From assembly GCA_011109175.1 (NCBI GenBank), contig RDEW01000008.1:877954-941953 (forward strand): DNA of 64,000 bases. The letters are read 5' to 3'. Under the pieces are notes generated by a model. The model saw only the letters and a list, made by a program, of their open reading frames with translations. It made no database searches and had not been told where the DNA came from. This stretch comes from Dicyema japonicum (lineage: Eukaryota; Animalia; Dicyemida). The position numbers were made by a program, and so were the translations under genes. Shown piece after piece: positions 14,346 through 26,484 of the stretch. Within the stretch, counting starts at the first letter, position 1, and the number at the start of each line of letters is the position of its first letter.

Positions 14346-14559
14346 TGTAAGTGCTGCTATTAATTTTTTTATTTTTTCCAATTTTTATTAAAAATAAAAT
14401 AAAAATTGTAGTCAATTTAAAATTTTGCGAATTAAGAAGAATAGGATTTTTTTCTGGGAAATTTTTTTCTTCAAAATGTGGTCATTTGCGAGTTTCTGCA
14501 TTAAATAAAGTAAAAAATTCCACAAAAATACATGTGAATTTAAATTAAGTGAACCCTGA

Positions 14560-15150
14560 TACTGTCCGAACCGGTGTTGCCATCAGACTTGGACTAAAGA
14601 TTTGCCAGACTCACAAGTTCCGCTGTGGTGGTACTGTCGACTGTTATGTCCACATCATTCCCTCTCACGTCGAAAAAGTACAGGACGATTCCCAAGACGT
14701 AGGGCGATAACGGTATCGTTAAGTGAGCCCTGGAGTCTGCTGGATACCCCTCCATGCTTGAACCTGTTGGCCTGGACAGAGGAGACGGAAAACGACCTGA
14801 CGGAGTCACAATTTTTCAATTCGATGAGGAAAAGCTTTTGGTATGGATTTCTACATGCGTCGACTCCTTTTGCCCATCAAATATTGTCGTACGTGGTAGA
14901 CATAATGTATGACGCGGATAAAACAATGAGGGCGAAGGAGAAAAATACAAAGCGCTACGCGGTTGATTCACGTTCTATCCCATCGTTGTTGAGACAACAG
15001 GAGGAATAAGCAGGAAATCTCTTCGTTTCTTAAAGAAACTTGGACGTCTAGCTACACTTAAAAGCCACGACACATGTGAGACTCAATTGCTTTTCCAGTT
15101 AATCTCTGTTGTGATCGCGAGAGGCAACTCAACGTCGATTATGTCAGTTA
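14560..15150 (+). mobile_element. CRE-clade 3' fragment
   Basis: CRCG...HHSLSRRKSTGRFPR; LEPVGLDRGDGKRPDGVTIF; IVVETTGG; ISVVIARGN. Confidence 0.85.
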
Positions 15151-15875
15151 TAAATTGGGTCTAAGGGTGGAAATTATTAAAACTTAACTAGAACCTGGAT
15201 GATTATTTAAAAACTGTAATATATAGGGTTTTCCGACCAATAACATCACTATCTCGATCGTAACTTTACTGACAATTATCTTCACATTGCCGCTATGCAG
15301 CTATGCCTGTGCGTCCTGAGGAATCAACCTGTCCTGGACGAACAAACAGAAAATCAGCGACATTCTGTCCTGGACAAACAAACAGAAAATCTACTATTAT
15401 TAATCTCGTGAAACTAGAAAAAATTCATCTCATCAGTTAAAGACTTTATCCGACAAAATGGGAAGGGATTTGCTGCCTTGTGAAGACAGTCCAACTCTCA
15501 ACAGTACACAACCATGACATGTCTTACGAGAAGGATATACATCACCCATCTCAAATTTCTATGCTCAAAATCATCCCTCCAAGGAGAAGCTGCGTTGGAT
15601 TCCAGAAGACGCAATCCTTAAAAATCTCTGTTCTGAAAATGGAGTTGAAACACGGTCTTATTCTTGATTGGTCGTAACGGGTGTTAAGGAGTTGACTGAA
15701 ACAGCAAACCTTCTCCTACTTACCATTTTCAATCAAAATGAGAATGTATTCAGTACATCAAAACCATATCTTCAAATAAAAGGCTTAAAACCACAATTAT
15801 GCTAATATCTGTGGTTCTCTATTATTTAATAGTAATTATTGACATAACTAGACTCATACATGAATGACACAATTA

Positions 15876-16380
15876 GGTAGCTTAGTGGTTAGATGTATAT
15901 TGTCGCAGTTGGATTGATTCACCAACTGGTTTCTTGGTCTAAGGTTTCTCTTCCTTCCTCTGTTCCTTATCTTTCTCCTAAAACTAAAGTGGTGCATGTG
16001 TTCCATCTGTCTTATGTGACGCCAGTGTCTGGATGACATGAAACAGGATAATTTGCTTCTCCCAATCCATTAGGATGTTCCAACAACTGCAGGGACCGGA
16101 TGTGTTCTTCACTTTCCGTAGGTTCTGGATAAACTTGTATGTGATATTGGAAAGATTCCCAGAGTCTTAAATATGTTCATTAGCAAGAGAGCAAGAGACC
16201 TGTGCAATGGAACTGACGGGAATCTTCCAATAGGCGAAAGTGAGGACGAGGAAAGTAAACAGGACTGTCGGGGTAACTTTATCGACTACAAAGTCCTCGG
16301 CTAACATTAGGGAATGGAAACGTTCACTTAAGGTTTAATAATATTCAAAGTTAAGTAAATTAAAAAATCAAAGTTAGTAA
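15876..16380 (+). mobile_element. SINE family A copy with tRNA-type head
   Basis: A box TAGCTTAGTGG and degenerate B box GGATTGATTC, then core GTGACGCCAGTGTCTGG...AGGATAATTTGCTTCTCCC...CAACTGCA. Confidence 0.55.
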
Positions 16381-16868
16381 TTTAGCTTCTCCCAGATTCG
16401 TCAATTTCGACGGAGTTGATGATTTTGACGAACATGTCGTATCTACCGTTAAAGTTGGATTTACAGGTTGTCGTCTTTTGTCCTAAAATAAGTCACAACC
16501 ATACAAATTGAATTTATCCTGAGCCTGGACGAAGCTGAAATTTAAGAAAGCTAGTGTACCTATCAATGTTGACCCCACACGTGAAGTTACTCTGATCTTC
16601 GATTTCCTTCAATATTTTATCCTAAATTCACCCAAAAGTCTACAATCTGCTGTCTATCCATTGATTTGTCTAACTTTTCAAATATTTATATTGATGAAAC
16701 CGCAAATTGCATAATTGAACAGCTTTAAGTGATCTCAACAGTCTGGGACACTTATCAACGGATTACTCTTTAAATATAGTTTTGGTCTTTGTTTTGATTG
16801 GTGGAGGTTGGTCATTCATATTAAACTGTGATTAAGTCACTGCCGACAATTGGCTCATCGGTCTAACT

Positions 16869-17786
16869 CAGTGTTTCCCAACCTGGGTTCCGCGAAATAT
16901 TCTAGGAGTTCCGCGAAGTTCAAAATTTTTTAAAATTCTTTTTTCAAAAGGATAATTTTTAAAACGAATTAAATTAATTTGCGCGTGTCTAAATTGAGTC
17001 TTGTGATAGTGCACATCTTAGGTTCGATCGTATCGAAAAGGTTACATTGCATTTGGTTTCACATGGACTGGGGACATTTATTGCCCTCTACCACTTTGTG
17101 TTGTTTGCGATGAAAAACTTGCTAATAGTGCTATGGCTCCAACGAAACTTTGACGTCATTTCTCCATTAAGCACCCTGAACTTTCAAAGAAAAAAAGAAT
17201 ATTTTAACGGAAATTGGACCAGAATAAAGTTCAAGCATCCCGTTTCACAAAAAATTCAAAATAAATGAAAAAGCACTGCATGCTAGTTCCCTCATGTGCA
17301 AGAAAGAAATTTTAAAGAAATTGTTTCACAAATTGTAGACAATTTGGAGTCACTATTGTACGAATAATTATTTTCCATCCATATCAGTGAACTCTATGAT
17401 TGGGTGAGGAATTCTTTGCTGATTATGAAATAAATGGAAACGAGCTATCATTAAGAGAGGAATAAGAACTTGCGTTTATTTCAAGTTTAAAACGGAATGA
17501 TATTGATTCGTTTGGCTGATTGTCAAAAAATCTTATTCTGGCCAACAAAGCTTTAAGAGTTTGGTCCAGTTTTCAACGACTTATCTCTGTGAAAGTGGAT
17601 TTTCTGGATTAACAAATATAAAGCATAAAAAACGCGCGAACCTACTGTATGTGGAAAAAAGTTTATCTCTTTCAAAGAGAAGGCCAAATATTACAGAGCT
17701 ATGCAAGTAAAAACTATATAAGGGTTCCGTATAAAATAAAAAATGTAGATAAGGTTTCGTGCTCTCAAAAAGGTTGGGAACCACTG
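16869..17786 (+). mobile_element. Non-autonomous hAT (Buster/ZBED5-like) element
   Basis: TIRs CAGTGTTTCCCAACCT / AGGTTGGGAACCACTG. Perfect 8-bp TSD GTCTAACT (16861-16868, 17787-17794). BED-finger remnant. Deletion derivative of 40880-42080. Confidence 0.92.
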
Positions 17787-18345
17787 GTCTAACTGGTAGA
17801 GTCTTAGAGTTCATTGGTCTGACGGTGGAGCCTGGTTAAACTAGTTGATCCCCAAAGCTCATTGGCCAGAGAAGTAGAGGTTGTATAGCTTATTGGTCAA
17901 ATTAGTGAATCCAACAGAGCTTGTTAGTCAAGATAGTAGAGCCTGTCGAGTTTATAGGTCAAATTAGTAGAGTTGGTCGCTAAATATAGTAGAGGCTGCA
18001 GAATTTATGAGTCAACTTGGTAGAGCCAGTAGAACCTATTTGTCATATTACTAGAGTCGGTAGAGCTAATATATCAAATTGGTAGTCATAGTTCTCATAA
18101 CTAATATTGATATTTTTTATGAGCCAAGCTAGTAATCAAATTAGTAGACTCAGCAGTTTTTATCGCCAAACTGGTAGAGACTGTTGGCTATTAACCCTTA
18201 TTGCCAAGGTAGTGAAGACTATTGGTTGAAACCCTTTGTATAACCCAAACTAGTGCACAAAATCATAAAGTCAGATGTTCTTGTTAAATTTTTAATCAGA
18301 TTGGTAGAGTCAGTAGTTGTTATATGCCAAAGTAGTAGGGACTCT
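17787..18345. repeat. Degenerate 31-bp tandem repeat
   Basis: GTCAA-like registers at 17896, 17927, 17958 and 18011, 18042, 18073. Consensus like GGTCAAATTAGTAGAGNCNGTAGAGTTTATT. Confidence 0.7.
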
Positions 18346-19589
18346 ACTATTGACCCTTGAGTAAATTTCTTATAAGGAATTTACGTTTTCATACTCAAAA
18401 TTTTTCTAATACGCATATTTATGAAACTTGCTTTAAATAGTGCTGATGTTGTTCAATTTCTGGGTTAACATGAGCTTGAAGTGAAAGATATATTTATTCA
18501 GACTTTTGAATGAATTGTGGTTTTGGTTTAATTTGCAAAAAATAAACAATAACAATTATTATTTATAATTATTATTCTGACCATGGCATGTTAATTAATA
18601 TTTTCATGCCGATTAGCACGTTTCTTTGATAATTTAAACTTGAATAATCTTACACCAGGTAGCATAGTGGTTATTAGCTTGGGGATATCATCAATCAAAT
18701 CTCTCTACCAGGACCACCAATGATACTAAGGGACTTGTGGGAGCGCCCAGCACTAACCGCTGGACACATGATTGCAGACGATTTCCTACATGTTAGTGAT
18801 GTCGGGCAACTAACTAAAATGTGGTTACTGCAGTCCCACGTGTTGCAATTAGGAGTAGAATTGATTCCACCCCACTACCTACTTGATCGAAAGACTCCAT
18901 TCTGGCCTATGCTTTCATAAAATTTTAAGAGGCGTCAGTTGATCCACCTGTCTCGAGACGCCAGATCCTTGGTCAATATTCCAAAGGTTATATTTTCTCC
19001 GTATTCCACTGGAAGGGTTCCACAATTTTTTTCACAACTTGTTTGGAAAGATGAGTGTGCTCCAACTATGGGAACTTAATACACACGGGATTATTAAATA
19101 AATATAAAATACCAAACTTGGTCAAGCGGTGAATTGGTCCCAAGGTTTAGTAGGGACCTCGATATCTTAATGTAATGAATCCTTCCATTTCTTCTCTCGT
19201 GAAATGATGAATTCAATTGGGTACATTCGTCTGACAAATAATGGAGGATATTTGACAAATCTGGTTAAGGAAAACAAAAAAATTATTGGAATATCGATTC
19301 TTATTATTTATTATGATATAATTTTTGTGGTGATAAACACTCTTGTTTCTGCGGACCATAGTGGAACATTACCTTATGACCTACCTAGGAATGAACTCAA
19401 TACTACATACTCATTGGTCAATGGAGTACGATGAGCTTGACTACCATCTATGAAGTAACCAGAATCGAGGGAGATAATTGTTTTCTCAATAACAATGAGG
19501 ATGAAAATTTTCACAGGTCACGAGTTAAAGTAATCGAAAACGCTAAATAATTTAATTAATAATTTATGTTTAATAATTTACACTTTGAG

Positions 19590-20530
19590 GGTTTTCGGCT
19601 AAATTTCAATGGTTATAGTTAATGTTTTGGGTTCTTAGTTAGGGTCAGTGTTAAGGGTTTTAAGGGTTATGGTTAATGTTTAGATATTTTCGATTTGCCG
19701 CGTGGCGCCATGTGGTGCTGCGTGGTTAATTGGTTTAATTTTTCTGCTTGCTTGTCTGTTCCTCCTCTCTTTTCCTAATAGAGTGGCGTCATGTGATCCA
19801 CCTGTCTAGGTGACGCCCAGTGCCAGGCCGGCACGAAAAAGGATCATTTGCTCTCCCCACTCCACTGAAGGGGTTTCCACAACTGCATGTAATGGACGTC
19901 TTACCCTTTATGTTGATTCCGGATGGACTCTGTTTCTGTAGAAGTGAAAACTGGATACACTTAATTAGTTGTTTACTTTAACTTCTTTCTCGGTGTATCC
20001 GGGGTTAATAAATAAATAGGGTTTTTAGTTAGGGTCAGTGTTAAGGGTTTTAAGGGTTATGGTTAATGTTTAGGGTTTTAAGTTAGGGTCAGTGTTAAGG
20101 GTTTTAGGGGTTATGGTTAATGTTTAGGGTTTTAGTTAAGGTCAGTGTTAAGGGTTTAAGGTTATGGTTAATATTTAGGGATTTTAGTTAGGGTCAGTGT
20201 TAAGGGTTATGGTTAATGTTTAGGGATTTTAGTTAGGGTCAGTGTTAAGGGTTTTAAGGGTTATGGTTAATATTTAGGGTTCTCAGTTAGGGTCAGTGTT
20301 AAGGGTTTTAAGGGTTATGGTTAATGTTTAGGGATTTTAGTTAGGGTCAGTGTTAAGGGTTTTAGAGGTTATGGTTAATGTTTAGGGATTTTAGTTAGGG
20401 TCAGTGTTAAGGGGTATGGTTAATGTTTAGGGTTTTTAGTTAGGGTCAGTGTTTAGGGTTTTTGGTTTGGGTTAGTGTTTAGCAGTTTTGGTTAGGATTT
20501 AAGTGTTTTTGGTTAGGGTTAGTAGTTAGA
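19590..20530 (+). repeat. Telomere-like G-rich satellite, 54-bp unit built from about 9-nt TTA(A)GGGTT subunits, interrupted by a SINE
   Basis: AGGGTCAGTG (one variant) recurs at 19641, 20031, 20085, 20139, 20190, 20235, 20289, 20343, 20397, 20442 (spacing mostly 54 or 45). Confidence 0.9.
19690..20017 (+). mobile_element. SINE family A, full-length copy
   Basis: Aligns along its length with the minus-strand copy at 33474-33795. Ends GTATCCGGGGTTAATAAATAAATA. Partial copies at 9640-9866, 31683-31880, 40845-40880, 45745-45810. Confidence 0.85.
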
Positions 20531-20954
20531 GTTAAATTTTCTTGTATATGGATAAAAAACAAGGCTTAAATTTAATATTTTTGGTTAAAGCTATGCTTTT
20601 GTCATTTTAGTAGTCATTTAAATAATTAGATTTTATCTATTTTATATTTTTTAAACAAAATAAAATTTATTTTTAGCATGAGGATACTGTTACTTTGTCA
20701 CATTTGGTGGTTAATTTTTTAATTGGATCTCTCAATTTTTGCATTCTACAGAATTTTTAATATCAGAGGTAAACTTATTGGGTATATTTAAGTTGATTCT
20801 GCTATAGAAAATTTTGCATTTTATTAGCCTCGACCATGTGTGGGCCGGGACATATTATAATATCATAAATTCTATCAATCATATTTACAAAAAATTAAAT
20901 TTTTAAATAGAACGCCATTTTTTGTTTGTTTCTTGTGTTTGATTTTTTCTGCAA

Positions 20955-21120
20955 AGCCATATCAGCTATGGCTCCGTTTAGGCAGAACACACACTTTATT
21001 TAAGTAAAGAAAGTTATTATAACTAATCGTAGAGGGAGAACCAAAAAACTCTCTTCACTTCTTTTTGTTTTCTTTTTCTTGCGTGTATGTCCTTTACAGA
21101 CGATCCGGTTCCGCAGTTAG
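20955..21120 (-). mobile_element. SINE family B, truncated copy
   Basis: Reverse complement CTGCGGAACCGGATCGTCTGTAAAGGACATACACGCAAGAAAAAGAAAA...AAATAAAGTGTGTG matches 46230-46350. Confidence 0.7.
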
Positions 21121-21249
21121 TACTCCGGGGAACTCGTTCGCGATCCACGCAACCGGCTTCCTCAACTAACATTGTTTTTTTGTTAAATATTTGTCTTTAA
21201 AAAAATAATTAATTTAAAAAAAGAGCTATACGTGAAAAACGACTGTTAC

Positions 21250-24200
21250 TCGGAGAGACTCTGAACCGCTTGTGTCTACTTGACATGCATACTTCATTAT
21301 TCCTTCAGATAAACAGTCTCAACGTACAGAGGCTTGCATATGTCCTGAGGACTGCTCCCTATTTCACCCTGTGTGACTAACTCGCACAGATTATCGAGAT
21401 ATTCCGTCGACAGCGGAACGTATCTTCAACGTCCTGGTTTTAAGGATTACTCATGGAAGCAAGCCACGCTGTCAGTGAGACTCGGAGGACTTAAAATTCT
21501 TAACCCTGTGGACCTTTCTCTCCCTTCATACCTATCATCGCTAGTGGCCTTTAACTTTTACACTCTCTACCTGAATTCTCTATTGACAAAGACTCCGGCC
21601 ATGCTCGTGAGGCCTGAAGCCGCACTTATCAGCTTTCTCTACCTTCTTCGATCTCTTAGCGGGGCTTTGACGATGCAATATGCTGGAATTCTTTCAAAGA
21701 TCATATAGCCAACATTGCCGTACCTGTTTGTTGCCGGAGGCGTCTTCCAAGAGCGGTGCCTGGCTCAACGCCATTCCCAATGGAGTTCTGTGTACCTTCC
21801 TGGATGATGAATGCGTTTGTATTGGGATCTCATTGCGACTAAGATTAAAAGTCTGTATTCCACATCTGTACCGATGCGGAGACCAGATCGACTGTTCTGG
21901 CCTACACCATCTCTCCTGCAGGAAGAGTGCAGGCAGATTTCCCAGACACATGGCCTTGAACGAAGTCGTTAGGCGAGCTTTGGACACCCCTCCATGCTCG
22001 AACTAGTCGGTCTATGCAGGCGGACGGTTCCCATTCAAAATGGCCTCTTTCAAAATGGCCTCCATTCAAAATTGGCCTCCATTCAAAATGCCTCCATTCA
22101 AAAACGGCCTCCATTCAAACGGCCTCCATTCAAAATGCCTCCAATTAAATTTTCTCAGGTTTTGGATAAGTTCATCAATAGACATCACGAGATATTTTAC
22201 CAAGGTCTCGACATCTTTAGGTAAAAAAAAGTCATCTTTTTAAATCTTATAAAAATTGATTTTAAACAGGTCCTATGGGTAAGTGGAACATTTTACCAAG
22301 GTCCTCGGACATCTTTAGGTAAAAAAAGTCATCTTTTAAATCTTATAAAAATTGATTTTAACAGGTCCTATGGGTAAGTGGAACATTTACCAAGGTCCTC
22401 GACATCTTTAGGTAAAAAAAGTCATCTTTTTAAATCTTATAAAAATTGATTTTAACAGGTCCTATGGGTAAGTGGAACATTTTACCAAAGGTCCTCGACA
22501 TCTTTAGGTGAAAAAGTCATCTTTTTAAATCTTATAAAAATTGATTTTAAACAGGTCCTATGGGTAAGTGGAACATTTTACCAAGGTCCTCGACATCTTT
22601 AGGTAAAAAAAGTCATCTTTTTAAATCTTATAAAAATTGATTTTAACAGGTCCTATGGTAAGTGGAACAGTTTTACAAATCTATCGTTAATTTTAAATCA
22701 CATTTAACCTATTTATATCTTCATTATTTATGTCGTTGAAAATTCCTAGTTCCAATATTTTTTTATTAATATTTTGTCCTAGATGGAACATGCAGCAATT
22801 TATCCGTGCGTTTGAAATGATTTTTGAAAAGAGTTTATTGCTCCTTTTTCAAAATCTGAAGACAATAACTCTTGGTTCTAAATCCGGAATGAGACGTTTA
22901 ATTATTAGAAGCATTGTGTCATATTCATTTTCAGTTTTTGATGTTAAAAGACAGAAAAATTATTGGAATTACATGGTGATTAATTATTACCGATATTGTG
23001 TATAATTGCTTCCAAGGAAGAGGCAGACAGAAAAAGTCCCATCAATAGACCATATTTTATGATTTTTAATGGTGTCGTCATTTCAGAATTAAAAAAAATA
23101 ACCATATTTGTCTCAACATCTGATAAGTTAATAATTAATATACCAATATTTTGGCGAAAAACTGTGTCCAAACTGATAGAATCTATGCCCTCGTAAGGTA
23201 TACATTAAATTCTCCTCAATATTAAGAACTGAATCATCACTTTCGTGTGGGATACTTTTTCTTGTTCTATTAATCAGTTGTTCCAGAGAAGAATGAGTCC
23301 CTGTCAAAGCAATAGTTGTCAAATTTTGTCCAAGCAGGAATTATTAATAATCTGTCTAGGACCCATATCACATAAGAGTGATTTCTGCTTTATGTCCTCC
23401 CGTATTAAGGCTCTCTTGACAAATTCACTCCTTGGAAGATGATTATGTTGCTTCAGACTCCAAACTTCATCACAGGATTGAATAGTTTTACAGATCCAGG
23501 ACAAGTACGATCTGAGCACCTCCAATATGTGATATGTCCCTTCCTGTATTTTAAATGATAAAAGATTTCCATCATGTTCTAAACTTCTATTTCCCTTTTG
23601 GTTAACAAGAAACGGCATGCAATAGTGAATCAATTAATTAATTAAATTATACAAAAGTTTTATAATAATAAAAGAAATTAAAAAGACAATAACTTTAAAT
23701 TTAGTTTTAATAAAAATAATTAATTTTATTCCAAAGTCAATTAGTATCTTAAAATCATAGGGTTTGGAGGACTTTGGTAAAATGTTCGCTCACCATAGGA
23801 TCCCTTAAAATCAATTTTTATAAGATTTAAAAAGATGACTTTTTTACCTAAGATGTCGAGGACCTTAGTAAAATGTTCCGCTCACCCATAGGACCCCTTA
23901 AAATCAATTTTTATAGATTTAAAAAGATGACTTTTTTACCTAAAGATGTAGAGGACCTTAGTAAAATGTTTCGCTCACCCATAGGACCCCTTAAAATCAA
24001 TTTTTATAAGATTTAAAAAAGATGACTTTTTTACCTAAAGATGTCGAGGACCTTAGTAAAATGTTTCACTCACCAATAGGACCCCTTAAAATCAATTTTT
24101 ATAAGATTTAAAAAAGATGACTTTTTTACCTAAAGATGTCGAGGACCTTGGTAAAATCAATTTTTATAAGATTTAAAAAGATGACTTTTTTACTAAAGAT

Positions 24201-24835
24201 GTCGAGGACCTTGGTAAAATCAATTTTTATAAGATTTAAAAAAGATGACTTTTACCTAAAGATGTCGTTTCGCTAAAATCTCGTGATGTTTATTGATGAA
24301 ACTTATCCAAAACCTGAAAAAAATTAATTGAGGCCATTTTGAATGGAGGCCATTTTGAATGGAGGCCATTTTGAATGGAGGCCGTTTTGAATGGAGGCCA
24401 TTTGAATGGAGGCCATTTTGAAAGAGGCATTTTGAATGGACACGGGCGGGACGGGAAACGGACCAAATGGGATGACAATCTTCCCTTTTGAAGCCGGGAA
24501 ATTTATTGTCTGGGACGTTACCTGCACTTACACATTTGCCTCTTGGCAACCTACTCCAGAGTGCCTCTGGACCCCGAGAAGATGAAACGGGAAAAGTACG
24601 CGTCCTACCCAAGGATTTTTTTGTTTGTTCCACTCGCCGTTGAGACATCTGGTTCTCGTGCGCTTGCGACGCTGAAATTCTTGAGTCTTCTAGGGAATCG
24701 AATTGCTAAAAGAACAGGAGACCCTCGTGAGCGTTGCTGGTTATTTGAGCGAATATCGCTCGCTATCCTGAGAGGGAATAGTCACGCAGTCACGACAGCC
24801 GCTATATAATGTTTTTACTCTTTTTTTAAAAATAA
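21250..24835 (+). mobile_element. CRE-clade retrotransposon (3' half) split by a Phantom/MULE insertion
   Basis: WKQATLSVRLGGL; SGAWLNAIP; CGDQIDCSGLHHLSCRKSAGRFPRHMALNEVVRRAL, then after the insertion GKR..GMTIFPFEAGKFIVWDVTC and PLAVETSG...ERISLAILRGNSHAV*. Confidence 0.9.
22027..24443 (-). mobile_element. Foldback-type Phantom (Mutator/MULE) element with FLYWCH plus truncated MULE transposase
   Basis: About 650-bp TIRs made of 16-nt (GGCCTCCATTCAAAAT) and about 95-bp tandem repeats. About 9-bp TSD GG(G)CGG(G)ACG. Frameshift-joined minus-strand translation 23620-22770: KGNRSLEHDG...YWRCSDRTC...HNH, then WSIDGTF...KQLYTI...DFEKGAIN...CCMFHLGQ. Confidence 0.9.
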
Positions 24836-25006
24836 ATTTCATCCTCCTCATTAAAAAACGTTTAAAAAATAAAAAAAACAACTTAATAACATAAATCAAA
24901 TCAATTAACAATTAAATAAAATGAAGGAAGGATCATATAATTATGAGTTAACCTATTTTTCTGGGTGCTCTTGATTTCAATAAAAAATAAATTATTTTTG
25001 CAAAAA

Positions 25007-25079
25007 AGGCTCCAGCGAGGATCGAACTCCGCGACCTTCTGTTTACTAGACAGACGCTCTACCACTGAGCCATGGAGCC
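25007..25079 (-). tRNA. tRNA-Thr (anticodon AGU)
   Basis: GGCTCCA/TGGAGCC acceptor, D arm GCTC-AGTGGTA-GAGC, anticodon arm TCTGT-CTAGTAA-ACAGA, T loop TTCGATC, then a T6 Pol III terminator. One extra G in the T stem (possible homopolymer error). Confidence 0.9.
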
Positions 25080-25345
25080 AGATACATAAAATAAAATATC
25101 TTTAAAAATTTACTTATTTTCTATCATCGTAATGGTTTATTCCTTGTCACTTAATTCAATCGAAATTTTACTGATCATATTACTAGACTGACGCTCTACC
25201 ACTGAGCCATGGAGCCAACACATGAAATAAAATATCTTTAAAAATTTACTTATTTTCTATCATCGTAATGGTTTATTCTTCGTCACTTAATTCAATCGAA
25301 ATTTTACTGATCATATTACTAGACTGACGCTCTACCACTGAGCCA
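25045..25345 (-). repeat. 136-bp tandem repeat containing tRNA-Thr 5' halves (pseudo-tRNAs)
   Basis: TACTAGAC(A/T)GACGCTCTACCACTGAGCCA at 25045, 25181, 25317. Confidence 0.85.
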
Positions 25346-25419
25346 CTTCTATTTTTTCAATATATACCAAAAATTGCATACCAGTTCCACTTTTTTAAAT
25401 CAATTAATTTATTAAATCA

Positions 25420-25640
25420 AAAATTGAGTTGCCTCTCACGGTTGCAACAAAATCAACTGAAGAAGCCACCGAGTCAAACGTTCGTCGTGGCTTTTTTGTG
25501 TAGCTAGGCGTCCAAATTTCTTTAGGAATTGAAGCGATTCCCACTTATTTCTTCTGTTGTCTCTACTACGATGGAGTAGAATGTGAATCGATCGCGTAGC
25601 GTTTGATATTTTATCTCCTTTGCCTTCATTGTTTTTTCGC
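25420..25640 (-). mobile_element. CRE 3' fragment
   Basis: Reverse-complement match to 14925-15130 (IVVETT...VATVRGN). Confidence 0.75.
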
Positions 25641-26484
25641 GGTTACAAAGTTCCAAAATATCTTAATCCTTGAGTTTTAATCGTCTCAGTTCTCAATTCT
25701 TATTCATTTCAAACTCAAGAAATATCAATTATTGTTTTTGCTTTATAAGTTGCAAATCAATTTATCTATTATGCTAAATTGATTTTGTAGTTGCTAAATA
25801 TATAATTCACTATTATCACTCAGCATCATTCTCGAATCGTTGCTTCCAATGGCCATGGGTCTCGCAATCATACAATGGGAACATCATTCATCTCTGCATG
25901 GTCCTCATAAATACTAAGAAGAGTTCTCTTTACTCCAATTTTGGATGGACTTGTGTGCTTGGGGGAATTTTTATCCGCCTCTGAGACTGAGTAAACTGGA
26001 ACTTGCTTTCTCGGTGTGTCTGGGATTAATAACATTTAAAATTTAACGGATAATTAAAGACTCTATGGCACTCCAGTGCAAATCATTTCAATTCTTTAAC
26101 GTGGGGATCTAACACCAAAATGCTACAAAATTATATGGGGGTTTTATCGATTGGTTTTTCAACAAGAGCATATATTCCGTCTGTCTTTTGAAAAAAACTG
26201 TTCGAGAACATGCTTATTACCACATGCATAAACTCGAAACATCAGAAGAAAATTTCGCTATGAATCCAACCGATTGGAGCTGAGGACGTGACGATCAGTC
26301 TGAGTGGCAAGAGAAATGAGGTGAAGTGAATGAATAGGTAACTTCGAAGTGTTTTAATTTTGATAAAAAATATTAATGATAAACCTGATAATAAATTTTT
26401 ATAAAAAATAAATAAATTATAAAATATCGCTAATCTCAAAATTTAATAAAATATTAAGAAATTAATCTAAATCCAAGCGTATTA

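Noticed and set aside
20018-20530. True chromosome telomere
   Set aside because: Internal position and a complex 54-bp unit rather than a simple telomerase repeat.
22198-22670. Regularly spaced repeats resembling a CRISPR array
   Set aside because: Units are contiguous with no unique spacers and are mirrored at 23760-24265 as TIR arms.
21902-24648. Short repetitive ORFs (QNGLHSK / WPPFKM)
   Set aside because: Translations of the 16-nt TIR repeats, not genes.
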